Made by a program: the position numbers and the translations under genes
Notes under the pieces: generated by a model
The model's input: only the letters and a program-made list of their open reading frames with translations
What the model was told of the DNA's origin: nothing
The model's database searches: none
Assembly (NCBI RefSeq): GCF_003918875.1
Contig: NW_025765956.1
Span: 1 to 64,000, forward strand
Origin: Haliotis rubra
Lineage: Eukaryota
Reading direction: 5' to 3'
DNA: 64,000 nt
In this document: positions 20,497 to 33,800 of the stretch, piece after piece
Layout: each line of letters starts with the position of its first letter
Position numbering within the stretch: the stretch's first letter is position 1

Positions 20497-23400
20497 CTGT
20501 AACAGCAATAGTGAAGCGTCCAAGTGAATGAAACTATTTTTATCAACTTGAGACACGTGGATACCATCGAACACATAACATTTCATTGAGATAATAGTCA
20601 CAACATTCTCAATACATCACTAATTATCAACAAAGGTGATTATAGTCCATCTTTTACGTTGTTTGAGTGGCATTTAGAAGTTGGTGTGATGAACAACGAG
20701 GAGAGTTCTATATGAATATACAATTTCTTTTAAAGAAGTTGTATATCCATAGAACTCTCCTCGTTGTTCATCTTGTTCCTGCATTTTGTGTGTGTGTGTG
20801 GGGGGAGTAATCTGACTAATATATGGTATTTTCTTACATATATTTACGTTGCGTTTTTACCTTACATCTTCTCAATCGCACAGTCATTATTTGTCTGTAC
20901 CTCGACATAACATTAAGTCTACAGGGATATGCTCAGTCTGTCCCCCAGCACTTGGAGGGAGGAGAATACTGGAGTGTCCGATATGTACATGCACTCCACC
21001 AGGCAAGGCTTGGTCGATAGGCGAGACCAGAACCGCTACTGGGGCTAAAATACGTAATTATAGTTTCCTAGATATTTCATGTACCAGCTATACCGCGTAG
21101 GGCAGTTAAGACCATATGCACGATGATGAAATGTGGAACTGAAGCGATAGCAAAAATGACATTGCACCACGCTTCTTTGTGTTAACTGTCAAAAGACTAA
21201 ATCAAAGAATCCTTAAGATTATTAAATCTCTTGGTTTGCAGCTGAAACCCTCTCCACTGTGCCCCATGGGCAGGAGAAAGTATATTATCACCTGTGGCAA
21301 ACAAATGGCATGTATTTCCAACCATCTCGGTCGGAGAACCCATCAAATTACCAGATTACATTCAATCTCGCGCCCCCTTCAAGTTAATACCTCGTTGGGC
21401 CAGGATTGATCAAGTGGGAATGTTATGATCAATCTACAGGGCAACGTTTCCTGCAAAGTGGTTTGATTTATAACCTCTGGTGCCGGCGTGTTTATCAAGA
21501 CAAGCCACTGCCCGGTGGTTTGCTGGAACAAGTAGACGTTATCACTCACACAACCACTGTTTCAGAAAGTCCACATGAAATTCAATAGGATCTGGGAGTT
21601 ATGATTTGAAGCTGGACGTTGGGTATTTTGAATATCGAGAGGATGTAAGACGCATATCAAATAGAGGTCAGAATTATATTTAAACTTGCTTCCTCCCTAT
21701 CCAAGTATAAATTAACTACAAACTTACTTCATCGAGGGAAAGGTAGGGGTGGCCTGGATGAAAAGTTTGTTATGTTATGAAGGTATGCCTAGGTTAGTCT
21801 TTATTCGCTATGATAAAACTACAATCTATCCCGAGTCTGAGAATCTACACCGAGCCAACCTGAGATATATCAATCTTAGAACGATCGACGTAATAAAATA
21901 GGAATATTTGATTTTATTCCTTAAGAACAATATATTTGAGACAACCATCAAGACGCATAATGATTCAGTTAGTGTAAAACGCTTTTCATTTCTGAAGTCC
22001 TTTCAGCAAAATAAAGAATCATTTTACAAAGAAAGGGCAGGAGATAAAGATGGTTTCGACAAGAGTACAACCGTCCCACATCCTACACGCTGATGGAAGG
22101 CCGATCGCTTACTCAAACACAACGCTAGCAGAACTTGATTAGATCTTCCACCAGAAATGGATTTACACCAATTACGGCGGCATGCTTGCAGCAGCATCTG
22201 GCACTTCTGTCAACGTGTTCTCAAAACACGTGTACGCCTGTATTCAATCTCCAGGATTGGCAGGGGAACAGAACTAGTTGAGAGTGTTTCAATACCTTGA
22301 TCGGACCTCTGTAGGCAGTGCTTGTAGACATGAAGAGTAAACATTTATCGAGGTTTGGGGTCTTCAGGGTCTGAAGGAGAATGATCAACAGACCTATACA
22401 CATGGTTGAAAATAACATATTCACCGTGAAAAAAAAGTATGACGAGCTATGTTTATATCTTGATTTTAAAACGGATTGAAACGTTTTTGTATTGCAGACC
22501 AATGATTACTGAATCTGAGTCTGGTCGATTTTGTCTGACTATCTGAAGATATAACTCAAGCGCTTCGTCGTTTTTCAACTTGATAAGACATTTCAGAGTA
22601 TGCGTTTTTTTCGGTGCATCGTTTGTGTGAAGCACGTAATAGACTGTAGAAAACCAATCAATCAGTGAATCTATTCACAGATAACAACTACTTCGTGTTT
22701 TATGTTTTTATTCCACCGAGCAGTTAGTTATACGTTGTAGTGATATATATTTCCGCCTCTAAAACGTAACTCTATCAGATCTCATTAACGCTTATTTCCA
22801 CATAGCACGAAAAGAGTCGCTTATGCCCGAAGACGTGGGTTACTGACATACTGAGTCCTGTAGTTAAAACGTGATGAGTGGTTATAGATGTATGGAGTAA
22901 CGTCTGTTTCGACGTGCCCATGGCGACGTCTTATAACACCGTGGTTACCAGATGTGACACACTCAACAGACTCCTGTACTTCCCCAGTTGGATTCCAGAC
23001 AACAGTTGTTCTCCACTGGCCCTGCTTTAAGCGATCATAAGGCGTATTACGTGGCCAAAAAAGCAACGGTATTAGTTTGGTGACGCTCAAATCTAATGGA
23101 TGTGTCCAGTACTGTCTGTTCAAATGCAACATACACAATCACAACAGGTAGTTGCCCAAATAGCGAAGTTGTAGTCATTAACACTTTGGTAACTCCAAGG
23201 AGCACTGATATGGCGAAACTATAGGCCAAATCTGAGACCATTTAGTAAGTATGTGTGTCCGTGTCTGCGTTCTTTTTATTCCTCAATATTACAACAGGGA
23301 AACACGACAATGCACTTCACGCATTATAGTCACATGGGAACTCGAACCAGGGCATTAGCAGTAAGCATTCAACCCACATGGCTAACCTGTCTCTTCTGCG

Positions 23401-23684
23401 CAGCTAAAATTCAGTTAAAAGCTCAGAATTATTGTTTACTGAGAGTAATTAATTTATAACACCACCTCACTATGTTTACCCTAGTGTAAATGTTAGAACT
23501 AAATGTAGTTGCAAAAGCCAAACAGGGAGGAAACAGCTATTGCCAGATCCAGACAGAGGACCATGTCTACGACCAGTGATTGAGTTACTGAACATGTTCT
23601 GCTACTTCATTAACAGAAGGGTCATCCTTGACGTGGATCAATGGCACTAAAGGCACCCATATCCCCCTGTCTACAGAATGGTTC

Positions 23685-23916
23685 GACCCGTGAAGATCCG
23701 GTTTAGAATTGATCTTCAGCAACCCATGCTTGCTGTAACGGGATCGGGTGGTGAGGCTCGCTGACTTGGTTGACACTTATCATCGTATCCCAATTGCGTA
23801 GATCGAGGCTCATGCTGTTGGTCACGTGATTGTCTGGTCCAGACATGACTATTTACAGACCGCCGCCATATACCTCGAACTTGCTGAGTGTGGCGTTAAG
23901 CAACAAACCAACCAAC
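23685..23916 (+). repeat. Mollusc SINE (MESC/Meta-core type)
   Basis: GACCCGTGAAGATCCGG...AACCCATGCTTG...GCTGAGTGTGGCGTTAA + (CAA/CCAA)n tail. Confidence 0.75.
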
Positions 23917-26488
23917 AGAACGGTTCCATCTTATTGACAAGGAAATTGGAGCTAAGACCACAAGGAACATAGGTGATTCACAGATGAACGCCTTAAACAG
24001 ATTACATATTATAAGGGATTCATCCATAATTCAGTTCTCACGGTCGTTCCTGATTTGAAAGAAAGTTCCTGGCCAAGTTTGCAATTACCTTCCGTATAAA
24101 TAAAGCACCTGATTGGATGGCCTCACAGTTTTCACGACACAGTGGCAGTGTGGTAGAGCTAGAGGAGTTCTGGAGAGAGAGGTGTACACGTCCGACATGT
24201 CCACGCTTATCTGGTGCCGGCCATGACAATTTAAATATCTTGACGTACCACGACAGCAGCCATATGGTTTATGTGCTACTTCTTGCCACGTCATGAATAG
24301 AGATCATTTCAAGGGATGAATATTGTACGTCGTTAGGAACGCACTGTCATTAATCACCATGAGGTAAATCCTGCTGTTGGTATGACGATTTCCAGCTCAG
24401 AAGCTTCATTGGAATAGTCCACATACATAATACAGTTACTACATGCATCATTCGGAATATGGTTGTGGTAAACACAATGTTACATGCCTTTGTATGGCGT
24501 AACATGAAACATATCTGTGACATCACTCTTCTGATTAAACGATCGATGAATTTTCAGTATAGGCCTATGTATTTGTAGTCAGTTCGCCGAAACCCTCATT
24601 TTAATTACGTACATTATGTACATAGTGGAACAATTTTCGGAATACACAATGCCAAGTGTTACATGTTACAGTTTGACACCCGTCTGATCGAAACCTTCAG
24701 AAGGTCATGTCCATCAGGGTAATAACATTAAAACTGACTGAAATTATTCCCGTACCCTACCAGTAGACAGGGCTGTTCTCAGTCGAACCTAAATGTTATA
24801 ACATCTTGTCTAAATATATGTTCATGTTGTCTGTCCAAAGTGCGCACTGCCTCAGAAACTGTACTCCCATACACAGAACCTGTATGAATGAAATGGCACC
24901 AGACGTGACGCATACTGCTGTGGAGCTCTTCTCATGTAAACAGGGTTCTGTGATAAATTTAGATGTAATACTTGTCATGTTAACTTATTCATATCCACCC
25001 GAAGTGTGATGTAAGTGGCCGCTTCAAGTTGAAGCATGGCGTTTAGTCGTCAAACCTCTGTTCACGACTGGGAATGATGTCTCCTCAGGAACATTGCCAC
25101 CCCAGTCTTCTGAATGACTTCTCTTCTGTCGAGAGGATATTAAACTGGGCTGACATCCGCCATTTCCGTTGCGGCAGCACCAACACTTTTACCTGTGGGC
25201 AAACTTACATGGAGAGAAGCTGCACATTATTCAGTAGATAGCATCAATGATCCCGTAACAAGATTAACGGTTTGACGATGCTATTTGCGAGATAATGGAC
25301 TGCGGCAATATTCGATCTTTGTATTAGGGTACTCCTTGTCCATTTCAGAACCCTTTGACATTCTTACAGGACGTTTTTTGTTCCTTTCTGTGTCTGGACC
25401 TCATCGATCGCGTCCCGTTAATGACAACATGAGTCATTTGACGTTCTTTCAGCGGTGTTTAGTTACTGAGTTAAATTCACGTTAAGCTTAAATATTAGTC
25501 CAACTATATATATAATTCTGAAATCCAGCAGTGTTTATTCATCTTCAGATGTCCAAATGTATTAGTTTCCCTAAGTAATAAGACACTAACAAGCGCAAAA
25601 ACTTCGCGGTAAAATTCAGTAGCTGCAGAGATAATTGAATCCTTAAATTTAGAGTTACCTTTTACAAGATCGAAAAAGCTTCGCGACAAATGGAAAACTT
25701 TCTTTGCGAAAGGAAGGGTCACGGCAGATGCGTTCTTAAAGTTATACGTCGAGACCTTTGTTCCAACTTAAAACATATGAACGGTTTGCTTTCTCCTCTC
25801 TTTTTTTGAAGCAACTTGTTTGTCCATTTTACAAGGTCACAAACCCTTGCTTATTTTATTGACCTGTCACAACGAAAAAGTTGGCCTAAATGAACCATGG
25901 TTTGGTAGCTATACACGATATCACGCAATATCCACACCAACAGATTCAATATTACGTAATTCCTCTAATGTGAGGCTTGGATCTCACCAATTAAACCTCT
26001 TAGTGGCCATCATTGCCTCCAATACGTATTAATTTCCGGTTATATAATAGCATCTCCCTGGTTACAAGATCGGGCGACGGGTATTTACATTTTACTTCTA
26101 CACTGTGTAGTCAGAGCGACTGGTTCAGGGCAACCATTGTACGAATGTGCACTTAATTCCATAAGCTAATGTAGCTTGAAATGTACATGTCTCAACCACT
26201 TAATTGTCATTGTCTATATGACGCTAATCCCCATCACTATTTTATAGTATATAGCCTTGTCAACCAACAGTGGCAACTCTGACACTGTTCATTAATTGAC
26301 TTGTTGATTCATGACATATATAGCCTTAATGGAATATCCCCGGGTTGTGGCTGTAAATATGCCCATAAGTTCAAAGTCCAGGTCATTGTGTCGTCATCTC
26401 CCCATTGCTGTCCATTCCCATATATACTATTCAAAGAAAGTAGGGGATATTCAATCAAATATGTCACAACTATTCTGCCTGATATTTG

Positions 26489-27055
26489 CCTGAATGAGAC
26501 GTAAAGATGTTCTGTCAGTCACAGTGATACCCCCATACTATTGGTGACCGACCCCAAATCAATTGTTCTGTCTAACGTTAACGGCATGAAGCCTTCATTC
26601 CGTCTACGTCTCACTATGCCAAGGAAGTCGAAAGTAAAGCTTGATTTATTGGAAAACTTAACGTTTGCTCATCGACAATTGGGCCGGCGCTCATGCTCTT
26701 GACACCAACGACAATCGTGGTATATAACACGTGGACGTCGGGCATGCAGGTTCCATCTGTCTAACCGATTACAAATCGCCTGTTTTTACTCTAACACATG
26801 TGACTCTATGAAGCTCATCTCCAATTTGATACGGTGTTGGTCACGGTTTCGTATCACATGTCGTTCTGATGAAACGTTCTTGGGCGCCAGTTGTCGCTCT
26901 TCGTCGTCGCTCTTGGTCGACCAGTTTTTTTGTCTGTTGATATCGTGATAGTAACCTGCTAATTACTGATTGTGAAAAGTGAAGAGCTCGTACCACAATG
27001 CTCTGTCTTGTTCCAGCTACAAACATGCCAATTGCACGAAGCCGTTCCGGACATA
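26489..27055 (-). mobile_element. Degenerate Tc1 remnant (copy 2 paralog, C-terminal part deleted)
   Basis: Paralog of 15405-15990; the segment equal to ~14964-15404 is missing. Confidence 0.7.
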
Positions 27056-28627
27056 AAAGTGGTCAAAACACGTTTAATTAAGTTGAAAACAAAACCAGGA
27101 CAACTTTCAGTCTGGTTTTCATCACTGAAGTGTACAGCAGCACACTGACACGATTCACTGCAAATTCTGAATTTTACTTCGACCATGTTCACGAGCATAT
27201 CATGGAAAACACTTGCACGAAATAACACCCTGGGATATTCATTTTCCCAAGTAATATCAGGGCAAAATGGAATATACCATAGTTTTTGTGATAGTATATT
27301 GATGTTGAGTTGTATGCTTCTCTATATACATTTTTACTGTTTATAAGTGAGGTATTTACTCTGCGTGTACAGGGACGACCGCGAACAGGATGTGCAGCTC
27401 GTAGAAACGCCTTGAGGTTGAGCTGGAACACCACTCATCTCATTTCAGTTCGAGCTGGAAACGCAGTTCATTGCTGTCCTTCTGATTTCTGGCCATATAT
27501 TCCGTTCATTGTGATTATTGTGTTTATTATTTATATCTTGTGTATGGAACGTTCCGGGAATATGGAACAGTGATATCGATCTTTCCTTGTTTGTTCGAAG
27601 AGGAGCTAGTCCCAGTCGACAATGCTCGCATTGGCACTTTGTCCTTGTATAACGGTTGTGTTTTGATTTAGTTTCCAGAATAGTTCAGATGAATTCAGTC
27701 TGGATTGTCTGTAACCAATTTGTAGGCACCAAGATAGTATCAGGTTGAGACCATATCCTAGATGTCTAGGACTTTCAAAGAGGAGTCTACGGCTCAATGT
27801 CAATATTTTATTGAATGAGTCTATTGGGAGACCGTAGAGGATAAAGAACAACCAAGTTCAAGAAGCAAAACCAAAACGTATGCTGGAATGAGGCGAAGGA
27901 AACCTCCAATCTTTCCATCCCCGGCGGAAAAAACCCCTTTACTTCACTAAATAAATAACAGATCGCTATCGCTCACAGTATATTTTAGTTCGGATTGGTA
28001 AAGGACATTAAACAGGGCAAAGTCTAATCAGTAAGACGAGATTAAGTCTTCGAATTTTGTTTGGGTGCCATTAAATGACTTCGAGGTGATATCTTCTCGT
28101 CGTTAGTGTCCATTTTTCTGTTTAATTTCTTTACGGCACACAGTTGGCATCAAGCCAAAGCAGGGATAGTTCCACAATGTGTCTGTAAGTGTTTGCAATC
28201 ACACGTCGTAGAAAGGAGAAGTACAATATATAGAGTTGCAATCAGTTACAAATAGAAAATTCTTTGGTTACGTGTAAAATATATAGAGTTGTATATAGTG
28301 TTGGTTGGCTGGCTATTTAACGCCACACTCAGCAACATTCCAGCTATATAGCGGCGGTCTGTAAATAATTGTGTCTGGACCAGACAATCCAGCAATGAAC
28401 AGCATGAGCATCGATCTACACAATTGGGATGCGATACCATGTGTCAACCATGTCAGCGAGCCTAACCACCCGATCCCGTTAGTTGCCTTTTACGACAAGC
28501 ATGGGTCGCTGAAGACCAATTCTAACCCGGGTGAGTTATATACAGTGGGTGCGTGTGAGTGGGAGGTCGCCTGGTATATTCCAGGGGAAATTTACGTATT
28601 CATGTGTTTGGTACACAATGGTGATGA

Positions 28628-28797
28628 CTGACTGACTGACTGAGTTTGGTTTTACGCCGCTTTTAGCAATATTCCAGCAAAATCACGGCGGGGGAAATCA
28701 GAAATGGGCTTCACACATTGTGCCCATGTGGGGATTCGAACCCGGGCCTTCGGCGTGACGAGCCAACGCTTTAACCATTAGGCTACCCCACCGGCCC
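28628..28797 (-). mobile_element. tRNA-derived SINE with 12-bp target-site duplication
   Basis: A box TAGCCTAATGG, B box GTTCGAATCC, (TCAG)n tail, TSD CAATGGTGATGA at 28616-28627 and 28798-28809. Absent from copy 1 (single site at ~17571). Confidence 0.9.
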
Positions 28798-30856
28798 CAA
28801 TGGTGATGAGGCTGCGCATAAATATTAAACTTTGGACATGTTATTAGCCACAAAGTTCCTATTTTCTGACGCAGATTTGTTCATTTACAATACCAACCGC
28901 CTTTATAGAGCTATATTATTTCTTAAACGTAAAACAACACCAGTCATTCATTTAAGTAAACCATTACACTGGCGTAAGAGAAAAACGTAAATACAGCTCC
29001 GTGAGGGAACACATCAAGAGTTTACCAAGCCTGGGGGAATCAGATAAATTGGCAATAAATGTTCTTCTTTCAAATGAAATTTTGAACGAGTCTGCCAATA
29101 AACCCTCAAGGCAAGCGTGCAGCTCGGGAGATGATAACATGGTTCTTTAGGATAAGCTAGAAATATCCCATTCTGACGCTGATTTTAAGAACCCGGATGT
29201 AAATTAAGTCTAACGTTGGATTTGTGGATAACCCTTCAACTTTAGACATCTCCGCTGAGGGATGCTAATTAACTGGGTATTCTTCGTAAGTACCTGACTA
29301 TATCCAAGAGCCATTCTGTTTGCTTCTAAGTGGGCAACAAGTGCCCTAGGAATGGAATTTCATCCACACTGCTATTTCAGACAAATATTTTCATTTCCGC
29401 GATGGGTTCTCGGCAATCTTAGACATAATTTGCTATCTTGAAATATCCATTTTTGAGAAGCCTCAGAAAATGAATGTCAAGAATGTTATTGCGTGGATAA
29501 TGGAAACGGAGATCTTTACAGATAAATCATAGGCTTCATTTTGAAATGGGGACTTTTCCATTGGGGGCCACGTAATAATGGTTAACTTATACTTGTTCAG
29601 ATAAAGTTTCCTAATCCTTGACGAAAGGTTTCGCGGTTGTAAGAGTAAATAGGGCAAAGGCTGACTGTCGCCATTCCATGGTTACATTGTCAACAATGTT
29701 GAATCAGTTCTCACTGTTAAATGTTGAATAATAATAGCAATGCACAATATCTTTGCAGACTTACAAGACTTACACTTGATAATGAAGAGACTGAATTTAT
29801 TTACAAGGCATTAATACAGAACAATATATCTAATACAGTATATTACAGTATATGTATACATGCATCTCTAAATGTATTTTTACTGAATTGATAAATTGAA
29901 AAAAGGATGAACACCTAAAGGGCCCGATTCAAATCTTGATTTCTTAGTTGTTTTCGATAAACGAAAAGTGATGGCTGGAAGAGGAGAATATGTTTTGTGT
30001 GTCCTCACGAACAGTACGAAGTTATCAGACATGTTACAAGTACCTTTCCAGATACAATGTAAAGGAAGTGTTAAACTATGAGGACGAATATAATTATATA
30101 TCTACAGATGATGTGTGAGAAATTTGATGAATTAAGAGGAACACCTTTTATGGATGGTCAACTTCTTGATTGCAATAGATGCGACGTTTCGGGGAAGATC
30201 ATAGCAAGCATCATTTGCTTGATAACGGTGTTAGGATCTACACCGAAACATCTGTTGCAATGAAGAAATTGTCTATCAATAAGAAAATATTCCTCTTCAT
30301 CAAACCAGCTTCTAAATGCCACTTGAAGAAGTTAGTGCAACCTATGCAGTGCTACAATTACTGCCCCTCGTGAAAAACCTTTACATGATTGTAGTATAGA
30401 ACATACTAAATGCAAAATTATTTCGATGTTCGATTAATATTTATCCTGACAAGATATATACATGAAAATAAGTGATTACATAAACTGACAAACAAGATCA
30501 TCAATGTTTAATAATATTTTCGTTCTGCTTGTTAACCAAGTGTTCAATAAGTATATAAATGTATAGTCAATGTCGTTTCAGAGCACTGTTCCCAGTATAG
30601 GAGAAATTATTTCATTGACAATACAATGAATACAAAACAGCAGTGTAAACAGCTTGCTTTGTCAATATTAACACCGAATCGTTTTCATGTTACATACCTA
30701 CAAAATGCAACTTTCGTCTTTCATTATGACAATCATACTTTCATTACTTCAGTGACATAGTTGTCGTCCCTTTGAATTATTGGTGATGGGATTGAATCCC
30801 AGACCATTATTAACGTAAACACCGTCAAATGCTGGTCTGAAGACTGAGTCATCCCG

Positions 30857-33800
30857 TCATGATTGCAAGTGTAGGGAAAGACACGGTATAGACAATTGGT
30901 CTGAGAGTGAAGTGGGAACTGACGTCGTGTGACCGGAAGTGAGATGTGCCATCTTCAGGATCTGATTTTGTTTCCACTTTGGTAGTTGACAGAACTGGAA
31001 GCGACTGACTCGGATCACCTCCAGGAAGTCTTTGTCTGTGAGATGATGCTGAAAGTACAAAGGGAATGTCCAATAGGATCTGCTGATGTTGTCCCAGCCT
31101 GGAAGCAGTATAACTGTCAGCTTGTGATGAATGAACTAGCCGGATACGTCAATCCTGACAAGCAATTTCGCAATATCTCACAAAGTAATATTTCTGTCAA
31201 AAATAGTGCTCAAATACAATCAATATCCTACTGACTGCAAACGTGTCATGCCTGAACTAAAAATAACATTCTCCAGTACAGGGAAATTGTCATCCCTTTT
31301 CAATTGTTTCTTGTAATTTTGTTAGGCTTTGTGAAATCAAAATTTGGAAACTGTTGTTTTGTTTCCATAAACAACATAAAACCACAATCTACCTGTTTGT
31401 TTGCTGGGTCTACATCAGGTGGGAGTTCTCCTCTCACCAACGTCTTGTATGGATACTTAGCCTTAACAACGTGGGACCTGTCGAGTATCTGTGACAACAG
31501 ACATAAAGAAAATACAGAGAGCTCGAAATAGAAAGGTTAACCCTTTTGGTTTGAAATATTAACCGAGTTATTGCACACACTTAAATGCATAGCTATGGTA
31601 GTTTTGCTGTTATATGATTCCCACTACAAAACATAATATTCAACTCAAACTTCGATTCTTCCGTCAACACTTACATCTGAACTGATATCAATCCGAGCGT
31701 TTTCTTGCCGCACTCTCTTTCTAGCTAGGCTGTAAACATCTCTTCCCTGTAACAGCAATAGTGAAGCGTCCAAGTGAATGAAACTATTTTTATCAACTTG
31801 AGACACGTCGATACCATCGAACACATAACTTCTCATTGAGATAATAGTCACTACATTATCAATACAACATTAATTATCAACAAAGGTGATTATAGTCCAT
31901 CTTTTTCCTGCATTTTGTCGGGTGGGGAGGGAAGTAATCTGACTAACATAGTAAGCAGCAAAAGAAACGTCAGATTGGAATTTTCCTTCGCAGAAACTAA
32001 CTTAATGTTTTGACTGTATATTTTTGACAACATCTCCAACTTTACCTGAGCAAAGAATTTCCTTCCCAAACTCAGAATGGAACCCAGGAAATGGTCTCAA
32101 AAACGCAACCTGATCTCGGAGATGGTACGGTGTTCTCCATGTTTTTCATGCAACTCATGCTGCACGTGCTGTTCACAAGGACCAGCCCTGTAAAATGCAC
32201 CCCCAAATCTGGTTGAAACATTCACATTACAACGTCAGCAGGATGCCGCGACTCACGACAGCTCAGAGGAACCAGGCGCTTGAAGCTGGCTACACTGCAC
32301 AAGCCGTTGCCAATCACTTCCAGGTCAACGTTCGGACCATCTACAGGCTGCAGCAACGTTTCCGGGCCACCAACACCACATATGATCGCCCCCGTACTGG
32401 CAGACCAAGGGTGACCACAGGACGACGAGACCGCCACGCCAGACAGTGGGAACACACGGAAGACCAATCAGTACTGATACAGTACGCCAACGTCTTAACA
32501 GCGGGAACCTTCATTGCCGTAGACCTTACCGTGGACCTATCCTCAGCCCACGTCAAGGCGTGAAAGTCTACAGTTTGCCCTACAACACCAAAACTGGCGA
32601 TACAGGCAATGGAGAACTGTTCTGTTAACAGATGAGAGTCGGTACTGAGCATCAACTGCAGATGGCAGAACAAGAATATGGCGACGTCGTGGCCAGCGTT
32701 ACTCAGACCAATGTGTTATGGAAAGAGACTCATGGGGAGGTGCAAGCATCATGGTATGGGGTGGAATAGGTCTGAACCAGAGAGTGGTTCCTGTGGTGTT
32801 CCAGAACCTTGTTCCAGGGAGAGGAGGCGGCATCACAGGGGTGTGCTACTTCGACCAAGCTGTCAGACCCCCACGTCACACCACATTTCGCACGTCACCG
32901 GAACAACATTTTCCAGCATGATAACGCCTGGGCCCATACTGCCAGAGCTACACAGGACTTCCAACAGCAGAGCGGTGTCAACATTATGCAGTGGCCAGCC
33001 CTTAGTCCTGATTTAAACCCAATAGAACATCTTTGGGATGAAATTCAGACTGAATAATGTCATACCAAAGCCGAACACAGCCGATTGATTGCGCCAAGCC
33101 TTTCTCAGAGTGTGGTTCCAGGTGCCAATGGCCTTCATCAATCGATTGGTGCACTCCGTGCATAGACACTGTGCTGCAGTTATTGCCGCTTGTGGTGGTC
33201 ACACTAGATACTGAAGTCAAGAGTCTGAATGGACTGCAAACGTTCACGTAACGTCTTGAAATTGATGTGTCAAGATATTGTACACAAAAAATGTTTTTTG
33301 ATCCGCTTATTATGTCAATTTCTGTAATGATTTGATAACAGTGCCTATCTAATTTTGAATTCGTACTGACGGGTTATTTTGCTGAGGAGTATATATGGTA
33401 TTTTCTTACATATATTTACGTTTTTACCTTACATCTTCTCAATTGCGTCGTCATTATTTGTCTGTACCTCGACATAACATTAAGTCTACAGGGATATGCT
33501 CAGTCTGTCCCCCAGCACTTGGAGGGAGGAGAATACTGGAGTGTCCGATATGTACATGCACTCCACCAGGAAAGGGTTGGTCGATAGGCGAGACCAGAAC
33601 CGCTACTGGGGCTAAAATACGTAATTATAGTTTCCTAGATATTTCATGTACCAGATATACCGCGTAGGGCAGTTAAGACCATATGCGCTATGATGAAATG
33701 TGGAACTGAAGCGATAGCAAAAATGACATTGCACCACGCTTCTTTGTGTGAACTGTCAAAAGACTGAATCAAAGAATCCTTAAGATTATTTTGCAGCTGA

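Larger units (their letters stand above)
13542..24650. repeat. Tandem segmental duplication, copy 1 (distal to the villin gene; interrupted at its left by the Polinton)
   Basis: Colinear and highly similar to 25070-~37950 (13542 AGGAATGATGTCTCC = 25070 GGGAATGATGTCTCC). Similarity ends near 24650/37950. Confidence 0.95.

Noticed and set aside
25504-25722. Protein-like minus-strand ORF
   Set aside because: Frameshifted in the sister copy and overlaps a dispersed repeat fragment; no family recognised.
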